64,000 bases of DNA from Glycera tridactyla (Eukaryota). The stretch spans positions 66,774,001 through 66,838,000 of the forward strand of contig OZ286468.1 in assembly GCA_965644265.1 (NCBI GenBank), given 5' to 3'. The notes beneath the pieces are model-generated. The model ran no database searches and was not told where the DNA came from. It saw only the letters and a list, made by a program, of their open reading frames with translations. The position numbers and the translations under genes are program-made. Shown here piece by piece: positions 36,561-47,390 of this stretch; the stretch's first letter is position 1, and each line of letters starts with the position of its first letter.

Positions 36561-37057
36561 CAGCTGACACACACTTAGGTATGAGATGGCGAAAAGTTAT
36601 TGTTTCACCAAGGAAACAGCGTGTCTAATTGACCCCTCTATTCAGAGGGCATTATACACTTCAATCATCACGAAGCCTATGTATATCATTATGTATGAAG
36701 TGGTTTGACGTGGAGGGTCACTCAGACGACCGTCTCACCCATCTCTCTCTTACACTTGCTCTCATCGACTTTCTCTCTCTCTTTCTCTCTCGCTCTCGAT
36801 CCATCTATCTACCATACGATCTCTCATAACGATTCGGGATGCAAAGACGAAAAGTTATGGGAACCTTCAGCATTAAAAGTGATGTTAAACAGTAATAGAA
36901 CAATCAGTCAATCAAGCAATCGGATTCACCAACGTGGACCTGAAGAGTTTAGTGAAGGTATTGTATAACTCTCATGGTGCTAGTCCTGACAGGCGCAGTC
37001 TCAGCAACTCAATTACTGACCTTCACTGAAACTGAAGCTTTTTGTTTCCTTCTATAG

Positions 37058-37490
37058 CCCACGATATCACCAGAAGAGTCGGAGGAGCGTCTGATATCTG
37101 ACTGACTATATGCCCTCAAGGGCTGGTCGCGATGACCAACTCTCAATTACCAAGGTCAGTTTGTTTTGGAAGAGATGGATATTCTGGATCGGTTGAAGGA
37201 TATCATGTACTTGCGTGAGCCTTGGTGTCCATCTGAAAACCCTTGCATACAACTGTTTACAACACGTTGCGTGATGGAATCAGATAAACCATGGGGACTT
37301 CTCTATTATTGAATGGTTACTATCTACATCATCCTACATTCATTGTGGGTATGAGATGTTACCCCTGGTCACCAAGACCTCTCAATATCTATTGGCCCTT
37401 ATTACTTGGAATACAATCACCTCATCCTCCAGCAGGCCCTGGGGCATGGTAGAAATCGTTATCGTGACCGCAGCCACATTTAGCAACTGA
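37058..37490 (+). pseudogene. Possible Cys-loop ligand-gated ion channel (nAChR-like) fragment
   Basis: Strong acceptor (TTTTGTTTCCTTCTATAG), then one frame of ~145 codons with 5 stops: EERLISD*LYALKGWSR*P..ILDRLKDIMYL..WCPSENPCIQ..KPWGLLYY..SLWV*DVT..ISIGPYY. Confidence 0.35.
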
Positions 37491-37849
37491 ATACAAATGA
37501 GGCATGACTGGGTTTGTGTCGGAGCTTATGAATTCTTAGTTGTTTGTTCTCGTGTAGGCCCTAGAATGTCCACTATAGTCAGAAAATGCAAGCATTGTGT
37601 TTTTTTTTTCCATCTCCATCGTTGGTTAATAGAATGGCGTCTTATTCACAATGTCCCACAGAGAATAGCACTGATTTTGTCAGACTTTGATGAATACCAC
37701 ATCACACATAAATTAGTTAGTTTTTCGCTATTGAATGTGACATGATGGAGCCCACAGATGAGCTTGATTACAGTCATAACGATGTAGTTGCACACATTTA
37801 CATGATCTTCTAAGAAAACCACAGCAATTGACAGCGTCTCCACTATCTG

Positions 37850-38160
37850 AGGGCGTTAATATCATCACTGATGTGGGCCCCAGCTCTTTTGATATTTTAA
37901 ACTTTGTCCTGGTGCGCTTGATGTAGAGGAGAATAAGAGATGCAATGAATGCGACGATTGCATGACGACAGATACAGATGAACTGAGGCGAGGTGGATTC
38001 CCGTCAGATGCCACAAAATTCGCTTTGGTCATCAGGTCATATGCAAACTCCAGGATAATCCCCTTTGTAACATTGTTGTATGCTTCCCCTACACTTCTTA
38101 CCTATTACCATATTCGCACGTTCCCGGCAACACCCATCATACATATCATCCAACTTATGG
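37850..38160 (-). pseudogene. Weak GPCR-like transmembrane fragments
   Basis: ISWMICMMGVAGNV and YPGVCI..AIVAFIASLILLYIKRTRTKFKISKELG lie in different frames. Confidence 0.2.
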
Positions 38161-38270
38161 ATTGAATATGTACCGGTTCATGGAATCTCGAAGAATATCG
38201 AGATTAAATCATGTGAACGATTTCCCTGATATGACCTCTTCGATGTACCATCCGCGAAGGAATTCGAATA

Positions 38271-38443
38271 TACAGTGCAACTTGATGGAGAGATCACCTC
38301 CAGAGAATACCTGAAAACGAAGCTTCCCTGTGCAATGACCAGGATAGCATTTTTCCCAGTAAACGACCTCTCAATAGAGGCCACCTCTCGATAAAAGCAC
38401 CTTGTGCGACCGAGGGGGGTCTTTGTGGACAAATTTGACTATA
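38271..38443. mobile_element. Degenerate MITE of the 1142/29527 family
   Basis: TACAGTGCAACTTG..GAGATCACCTC at the left end and GGGGGTCTTTG..AAATTTGACTATA at the right. Confidence 0.5.
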
Positions 38444-38629
38444 ATTGCCAATGACGCCGTCAAGCATACCCACTCTGGGTTATCATATATTTCAATCGAG
38501 AAAAAAATCTGTTATACCACCGTGCAATCTCCTATCGTCTTCTTCATTTGATGAACCAGATTCTTTTTCAACCTGAGACTGGGTCAGTGATTGAGGCACA
38601 CACACACTCATATATATATCCTGATATGT

Positions 38630-38844
38630 TAGCACCGGTGAAACCCAGTGCATGCCAACTGGGATATCAAAGGCCGCCGTGTATATAGGAGCCTTTTCCT
38701 GTACGCACGTCAAAGATCCACTGCTGTCGCAAAGGGTAGGGATGGCCCCTGGCAGGCAGTGACTCTTCTCTTCAGCATTTTCAGTTTTTTCAGTCCGATA
38801 TAACCTAAGCGGGTTTAAGTGACGTTAAACTCAAACAAACAAAC
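38630..38844 (+). mobile_element. 5'-truncated SINE with a core resembling MetaSINE and an (AAAC)n tail
   Basis: CAAAGGCCG..CCTGTACGCACGTCAAAGATCCACTGCTGTC, ending GTGACGTTAAACTCAAACAAACAAAC. A second copy lies at 24305. The MetaSINE resemblance is from memory. Confidence 0.55.
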
Positions 38845-39309
38845 CCACATATGTGGTGTCAGAGTAAATACGCAATATAATCTACGCAAGAATTAGTCAG
38901 ACTTTCATACTAACCAACCATAGCTGTATGGCGTCAGCCTGATGAGGCTGTGGAACGAGAATAAATATGGTGCAAATGGGAAGATGAATACATATTGCTG
39001 AGAATTGGAGCGGTGCTTAAGACAAATACTTGGTGTTTCACCCACCACTTTCGCCGTCCTTTGTATGACATCGCTTCTGCCATGAGCGTATTTCACAATA
39101 AAAATATTCGGGAGACTTTCCATATAACCTAAAAAAAAAAAGTCCTGACTAAAGTTGCGGACAGAATGAAAACGGAAATGTTGCATTCGAGGTTACTGGC
39201 TAAATGTGCGAGAAAGCTCGACCTGATGAAAAAAGAATTAGAGGAAGGTGACATAGTATAGATTATTTAATACTGATCCTGAAAATCAGATGCACTGATC
39301 AATGAAGGA

Positions 39310-39364
39310 TGACGTCAGATGATGGTGATGTGATGACCCGGATGTCTGCTGTTGCCATGGTGAC
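39310..39364. promoter_or_regulatory. Cluster of CRE, ETS-like and RFX X-box-like motifs
   Basis: TGACGTCA at 39310, CCGGATGT at 39338 and GTTGCCATGGTGAC at 39351. No associated gene was found. Confidence 0.25.
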
Positions 39365-39834
39365 GGTGACTGATGGCAGCCACAGTGAATATTGATGTCG
39401 ATGCCTGACTAATGGGAATCTAAATAGATGCTTACATAATTACAGAGGCTGGAATGAGACCTGGCAAAAACAGAATAATGCAACCTCGTTCGAGGATACA
39501 AGTACTTTCCGTTGGAGGCATTCGACAGACATAGCTCCTAGTATTGCACGTCTTTTTTTTCAGAAAACATGACTCGACTTTCTAGACATATACTTATAGA
39601 TATGCTATAGGAACACCAAGTGTTTCACTCGATGTAGAAGTGGATATGTTAGGATGGTCAAACTTGACCATCTATCTGATAACTAATCATCTTCAGCTCA
39701 CACAGGGCGTCACTTTCTTTCTCTACAACTTCCCCTCTCTTTCTCTCTCCCTGTCTCTCAATGTCTCTCATTCCCCATCTGTCTGCCTATATGCCTGAAT
39801 GTCCGCTCGCCCATCCATTTGTCTGTCTGTCTGC

Positions 39835-39837
<3 letters not shown>

Positions 39838-39901
<64 letters not shown>
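39838..39901. repeat. (TA)n microsatellite, about 32 units
   Basis: Direct read of the sequence. Confidence 0.95.
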
Positions 39902-39903
<2 letters not shown>

Positions 39904-40509
39904 ACCCACCTAAACTGGGTCTTACTAATTAAAATTGGTGATTACTACTGTAATATCTCTTACTATCATGCTGCTTCGTTTCTGTTGGGCTATATCGAGC
40001 CGCTCACATAAGATTGGGGGTTAGATTCAACTCAAACAATAAAGCAACATCGCTTGGCTGTGATACAATCATAATAGGTTGACATACCTACTTAGTGAGG
40101 TCGGGATCTTGATGGAACATGTGAGTGTCAGTCAGACCTAGCTATGGCTATGCTACATGATGTGTGAGAAGTAAGAGATAACCAGAGAGAGCCTGGCTAC
40201 CAATGATACATACATGTGAGAAGTGAGATGTAAGGTGCAAGAGAGCTAAGGGATAACCATAGAGAGCATGGCTACCTACTGTACCTGTATGAGATGTAAG
40301 AGACTGATAGCATGAATGCAGGATAACCTGGTGGTGTGCGAGTGTACTATGTGTGGACCTGCTTCACTCCCATCAATCTAATCTGGTGAGATAAGAGACC
40401 TCGGACCACGTTGGTGGGTCCGATTGCTTGATTGACTGATTGTTCCATTACTGTTAAAGTTACTTTTAATGCTGAGGGGTTTCTGTAACTTTCCCTGATT
40501 CCCTCCATA

Positions 40510-40547
<38 letters not shown>

Positions 40548-40829
40548 CGCAGTTGGCTATTTCTTCAATTTTATTTATTTCGTGAGCAGATTACCCTTTG
40601 CTGTCTATGGAGTAGGTTGATTCACTCGGATATCTTGCTTTTGCCTCGTCTACATCATATATATATATATTTGTGTGTGTGTCTGTCTGTCTGTCTGTCT
40701 GTGCCTCTCTCTCTCCGTTTGCCTATCTGTCCCCTCTCTCTGTGTATCGCTTGCTCGCTTTCTCTTTCTCTCCACCATGGGTGGCATAAGACACATCAGC
40801 CAATGTAGTGACACAAATCGTTAGATTCT

Positions 40830-41130
40830 TAACAACCAACCAGCAAAGCATCCACGAGATAGGATGGCGACGTCGGGCTGGTACTTGGCGGCGACAAGCA
40901 CCCCATTGCACATTGCACATTGCGGACTCATTAGCATGGCGTGAAATACCAGGTTACGAAAGAGTTAACTCAGATGTGGACGTTGATTGCGAAATAAACC
41001 GTGGATTACGTCATTAATATTGCACAACATGCTGAGCATACTTGTCCAAGCTGGTAAAGTGAAGATAACATGGGCGACGAAGCCAGCTAGTTTAATATCA
41101 GCACTTTGTGCTGCCCACTGCATGTCGGGC
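40830..41130 (-). pseudogene. Possible decayed class A GPCR fragment (TM2 to TM4)
   Basis: LAGFVAHVIFTLPAW..MLCNINDVIHGLF..HLS*LFRNLVFHAMLMSP..AILSRGCFAGWLL; resemblance only. Confidence 0.25.
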
Positions 41131-41183
41131 TCATTCTCGTCACATGCATATCATCACCAATAAGTGTAGAGGAAGTCACATGA

Positions 41184-41469
41184 ATGCGAACACACACGCA
41201 CACACGCAAACACATACATACACACACGCGCACACACACGCATACACAAACACGCACACACGTACACACACANNNNNNNNNNNNNNNNNNNNNNNNNNNN
41301 NNNNNNNNNNNNNNNNNNNNNNNNNNNNNNNNNNNNNNNNNNNNNNNNNNNNNNNNNNNNNNNNNNNNNNNNNNNNNNNNNNNNNNNNNNNNNNNNNNNN
41401 NNNNNNNNNNNNNNNNNNNNNNNNNNNNNNNNNNNNNNNNNNNNNNNNNNNNNNNNNNNNNNNNNNNNN
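41184..41469. repeat. (CA)-rich microsatellite running into an N-run (41273-41469, 197 nt)
   Basis: Direct read of the sequence. Confidence 0.9.
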
Positions 41470-42939
41470 GATATAGATGAGTGTCTAGTGAGTCGGGCGC
41501 GAGTTGTGCGGAATATCTGGGCTGCCTTCTATCTATGGATGGATTAGGCATCACTGAGGCATCACTGAGGCAAACCTAATACTATCAAACATGAGACCAA
41601 ATCAATGGCCCTAATGTGTAAACACAATTGATCAAATTCCCACACTGAAAACGCAATCACCAACATGTGAGCGCAAGAGTAGACACCATTAGAACTCATC
41701 AAATACCTGACTGCCTCTTGTTAAATAGCTGCGGACACAGCTAGATTTCAAATTCCAGCTTGTTTGAATGACTATTGCTCTTAGTCTTGTCCAAGTATGT
41801 ATTTCGATACCCCTATGATTCGCCAGATTCATTCAGATTTAAAGTCGTAACCCGCTCAGTTGGGAAGACCCTCTGATTATCTCGTGCCTGCTACGAGACA
41901 ACATTATCTGACAACATCTGACATCAAACCATATACACATATTGGAGAGGTCCACAGATGTATCTGCCAGGACTTGCTTATCACAGTCAACCACCAAACG
42001 GAACCCAGAAATGTGAATGAGCTCCCATTCGATCTATATCCCCATGAAAATATCGGGGTCCTTCATAAGGTTTCACCATGAACATATGGAAGGGTGGGAG
42101 GTAGGAGAGAAAGGTATAACCTTCAAACAACATCACTTCTATTCCTGGTCTTTGTCCGCTTCTTTATACCTCCCCACAGCTTATTTGCTCTATCTGCCAT
42201 GGTGAGATACAGATTGACAATGTGGAAATTACTCCTTCAATTCAATTCAATAAACTTTATTTTTTCTCGTAACTGAACATATATACAGATGTGCAGTTAT
42301 CCTGCTGGATTTCTACAGCACACACGAGAATAACATAAATATAACTCGGAATACATTATATACATTATTTACAGTTTGCATTCTCTCAAGATTCATTCAT
42401 CACCCATTTATAGCCTGAATAACCGACACTCATCCTCTCGCATATTCCTTCCATCATATTCTCAGAGTAGTTGTCATTCACTCACACATTTACTCACTTA
42501 TGTGCTCATTCACACTCACGTATTCCTACCATTCATTTCCTCAAAAATAAACAATAATTCACACATTCTCTCACACTTGCATACACATTCATGCTGGTTG
42601 TGCTTTTGGCTAGGTTGGCTATGGGCAGATTAGCGTTTCATATACCTAGGATAGGGGATAAGATGGGATGCTTATTAAATAAGCTTTTGTATGTGGGACC
42701 AGGGGGGCATGGTCCTAATAGACGTTATACCTACGGAATACCATAGTTCGGGAAGGGGGGGACTGCTACCATTCCCAAGACCATAATTCACTTTCAGGTA
42801 CATTACATAATTCGGAAAATTAGGTTATACAACCTGGTTCCCATGGGTTCAGGTGCTGTACAGTGGAGCGTTTGAAAACTTGTACAGAGCATGATTCCTT
42901 TAGGGTATTATTCAGACTATTTCATAGCCTTGCTCCTCT

Positions 42940-45501
42940 GTTAGCAAAGTTACCCTCTGATTTAACTAAGCGTGTTCATGGTACATGGAAGATGTTCGCA
43001 TGATGTTGCTCGTGTTGACCTCATGTTATGTGATGTTAGTGGTTTAAATAACTGTTTTATTCCTTGGGGGACCTTTTTATCTATAATAGTTTTATACATA
43101 AAGATTGATCCATGTTTTGGCGACGAAGTTGGAGGGAATCTAAATTCAAATCCTTATGTAGATCTATACTTTGTGTCGTCCGATCTTTCCTCAAAATTGT
43201 TCTAACAGCAAAGTTTTGTACCCTTTGAAGCATGGCACTATCTCGTTGGCTTAGGTTGTCATAAACAATATCACAGTAGTCGAATATGGGGGTAACTAGG
43301 CTTTTATATGACATTAGAGCAGTTTCTTGACTTGAGATTGGTCTCAGCCTTCCAAGTAGTTTCACCTTGCCAATGGTCTTTTTCTTTACATAGTCTGCAT
43401 GGACGTTAAACTTCAATTTGTCATCAAGGTAAACGCCCAAATATTTAAATGAATCTACTCTGGATAATTGTTTACCCCCATACTCGACTACTACCCCTGA
43501 AATCGTCTAAGCATAGCATGTGTACCGAATAGCATTAGTTTTGTCTTGTCTATGTTTAACATGAGTTCATTTCTCTCTAGCCAGCCTGCAACTAAAGACA
43601 GGTTTCTGTTGAGAATAGCTTTCATTGAAGTTGGATCCCTACTCGTACACGATATCGCAGTATCATCTGCGTAAAGATGTACGCTTACGTTATCAAAAAT
43701 TGATGGCATGTCGTTGATATACAATGTAAACCCCTCCTCCAGTCCCTGATAGATTTTTATCCAGGAACTGGAGGAGGCAAGTCACAGTAGAGTGGCCCTC
43801 CCTGAACCCCGCTTGTTCTTTGCAAAGAATGTCAAACCTGTTTAAAAAATCACTGAGCTGATTGTGCGTTAAACGTTCCAGTATTTTACTCATGGGACCT
43901 GTAATTTGAGGGGTTGGACCTTTCACCCTCTTTATAAAGGGGGGTAATAAGTCCAGTTTTCCATCTATCTGGAAACAATGATTGTTCCAGGCTGAGGTCA
44001 AAAATATGCTTCAGTAGTGGTCCGATTGATGGTAAAATCCATTTCAGAATCGTTGGTGGTAGCCCATCATCTCCACAACTTTTTGTACTCGACATCTTGT
44101 TCACTATCTTACAGATATCCTCAATGGTTATAGGGGAACATTCAAAGTTCAGATTACTATGCAGAGTTTCTATGGGTTCATAAGCTACATTTTGGGGAAA
44201 ACTGTTATTGATATTTTCTCCGATTGTACTAGAGTGTTTGTTTAGGAGGGTAGCAATCACAGATGCATCAGTTTCATTACTTATTTTATTTATTATATTT
44301 GCGGATTTGCTGTTCGGCCAAAATTCTCTTATGAGTTTCCAGAGCTTCTTAGGGTTTCCTTCGGCTGCGGTTAACCTTGTGGTTATGTAGGATCTTTGCA
44401 AGGATCTTCTTAAGTGAGATTGTCTTTTTTTGTCAGCATTTACTTCAGTGGGTGATAATCCGAACTTCTTACTCCAATATTTACGCGAGTCGATATGACT
44501 GAGGTAGTCACCATTTATCCATCCGGGACTTTCATCTCTAAAACGGGTTTTCTTCCAAGGAATATGCTTATCACAGATCTCCAAGATCCTTGAGTAGAAT
44601 ATATCAACAGCTTCGTTAGCAGATTTGCTAGTGAGTAGATCTGTCCATGTCGAATTTGTAACATCTTTATTTAACTTTAGTACATCTACATGTCTACATA
44701 GTTTCTAATTTTTATATTGTGGCCCACTTCACTGATCTTCTTTTTCTTACGTGTGACAAAAACAAGTGAGTGGTCGCTAAGTCCAAGGTCATATACTTCA
44801 GCAGCTTCACACAATTCCGGGCGATTAGTAAGGATATGGTCAATTAGGGTTTTAGTAGATGTTGTTACTCGAGTAGGGTTTTTTATCATTTGGTCCAGGT
44901 GATAGGTTTTAGGCAGGTTTTTATATTTCTTCACATTATTAGTATTTTGGAGCAGGTCTATATTGACATCCCCGAGTATCCAAATATCAGCAACCCGGTC
45001 TGTATATACATCAGATAGACGTAATTCAAGTAATTCCAGAGCATTCGTAACATCACCAGACGGCGGCCGATATACTGTGCAGATGTATGTAGGCCTGGAG
45101 TGAGGAAGGGTTAATTTGACCCAAACCATTTCAATATCGTTTGAAATTAAGTCCCAACCCTGGATAACTGTGAAACTATGGTAGTCTCTTACATATACAC
45201 AGATCCCTCCTCCTGATTTTTTGAGGTTAGGACCATTTCTGTCAACTCGATGTAAAGTGTAGTTCGGTATCTGAAGTATTTCACTTGATGTAGTTGGTGT
45301 CAAAAAAGTTTCTACTAGGCCGAAGCAGTCTATCTGCGTTTGCTGGAGGAAAATTTTAATATCATCAAGATTTTTAAGTAAGCTCCTTATATTTAGGCAG
45401 GCAGAAGTGATACCATTCCATCTGGAAATATCCAGAGCACACTGAGTTGGGGAGTTGGGTATGGTAGCAGTCGCATGGGGGGAATGATTTGGAGAAAACA
45501 A
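42940..45501 (-). pseudogene. LINE ORF2 (APE endonuclease plus reverse transcriptase), broken
   Basis: CLNIRSL, ETFL, YRPP, GDVNIDLL, PTRVT..TLIDHIL and SDH (APE); KSCGDDGL, WKTGLITPLYK, NYR, QAGFREGHSTVT, HLYADDT, LNIDKTK, YLGVYLD and FDYCDIVY (RT). Several frameshifts and internal deletions. Confidence 0.9.
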
Positions 45502-45756
45502 TGTGATGATAGAATATGAGTTTACAAGCGGCAGATTTATAGGGAGTTCAAAAAGACCTTCCTGGGTGGCAGTTATAGATTATGCTATCACGATTCTTTC
45601 ATACATATCTTCTAGGAGACTTATGGTCAAGGTAAGATAGAGACATATCTTTCCTTACAATATAAATAACTTTCTTGTATACATGTTTTTCAATATTCGT
45701 AAGGTAATTCAATTCACAAAGCTATTCACATCTATACGAGAATAACGGGCGAAAAT

Positions 45757-45831
45757 GTCTCCAGGTTGTGCCTACAGTTGGCAACTACACATGATAAAAA
45801 AGATTCAACGTTCAAGAGTCAGGAAAGCGTA
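45757..45831 (+). repeat. 75-bp copy of 46243-46339 with two microhomology-flanked skips
   Basis: Identical to the 97-bp source except for missing GATTGTTGGT and CCAATTCGTGTC. Confidence 0.9.
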
Positions 45832-47390
45832 TACGCAGTTCACAATTGTCAAAATTACGGTAGGCACAATATAGTAGCAACGGGTCATATAAATGTGGTG
45901 CCGGTAATAGTATGAAATAAAAGGTTAGAAACCAGGTCAGCTTGTAACAGATATACTAGTATATGAAGTATTCCCCTAGAGTTCATTTCCCAGTTTGTGT
46001 TGGAAAGTCAAGTGCTAAGGTATCGCCCATGATCACAAGCGACTAATTAGCTACTAGAACCATGTGCCATCGATGTCACTTGTATTCCCAACACTCACTG
46101 TCAACTATATCAAAAGCCTAACTAATCTCATAGTTGCTAGGTTAAATTAAGCCAGTCGCATGGGGCTCAACATGACTCATAGATGGTTCAGCCCAAGCAG
46201 CAACTAGCGACTAGCACCATAAATTTCAAATCTTGCATGCAGGTCTCCAGGTGATTGTTGGTTGTGCCTACAGTTGGCAACTACACATGATAAAAAAGAT
46301 TCAACGTTCAAGAGTCCCAATTCGTGTCAGGAAAGCGTACTACTAGTTATTGCTGTGTTATTGCTGTGTAAATTCTAAGAGACAATGGATGGCTAGTTCT
46401 TGGTTAAACTAGACCATATTTCCAAGATTTGGCCCATGATACTGAGGCAGAAAGCCACATTTCTAGTGTCATTCAAATCAGTACGGTCCAGCAGCATCAT
46501 TCCAGGCATGATCGCTCCGTAGTTGTTGGGTTGCTTCTTTAACTTGCTATCAAGAGAGTACATATTTTCAAAGAGACGGAAAGTATGGAGGAGTTTAATG
46601 TTATGTATCTTGTCGTTTCGAAGGCCACGTGTGATATATTTGTCCAATTGCATCGCGAAGGATTTAGTATGAGGGGACCAGTATGTCTCGTTAGAATCGG
46701 GTGGTGTTGCCTTTCTATCTCATTTCGTCTTTCGGCGTCACGTTCCGCCTGCAGACGACTCACCTGTAACACAGGTGGTTTAGGCCTTTAGTTAGTGATT
46801 GCCTGCTATAAAAATGATGATATACGCAAGTTTACATGAAAAACACTGTTTCATTATAATTATAAAGTGCAATGGAAAGTAATAGCCTACCGATTTTAAT
46901 GATTGCCGGCTTCGGTAGATATCACTAGAGCGCAGTATTGTAAGCCATTTTCAGTTTCAGTTACTTCTGTGGAGCCCAGCGTACCTAGAGATCGGAAGTA
47001 GTTTTCAAGTGGCAGCGTGCCCGGTGGGGCTTGTTTGCGACCTGCGGCGTCAACTGGTTTGCGCGATACCGGTACGTTCTGCCACGCTCCCGATTGAGCA
47101 TGCGAGGTGGCTACTTCAATCTTGCATTCCAGCGAGCTTATTTGTTCTTCGGTTGATATAATTGATTTCGGTGACGTGGTGTCCATGTTTTCTGTTATGT
47201 TTTCGATTTTGTTTGGAGATTTTCGGGGGTTTGAGTTTAATGTAGTAGTTTTGGAGGACAACATCACTGCTGGGCATAAGTGTCATCGCATTCGCCTGGT
47301 TTTGTCTGTTATTGTCTTTTTTGGGGTTTTTAGGCGGTATGCTTTCTTTTTCTCTTTGACTTTTGCGTGGGGTGCCAGGGATACTTTCAT

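Noticed and set aside
39799-41554. YIYIYI, CLSVCL and HTHTHT ORFs
   Set aside because: Microsatellite translations.
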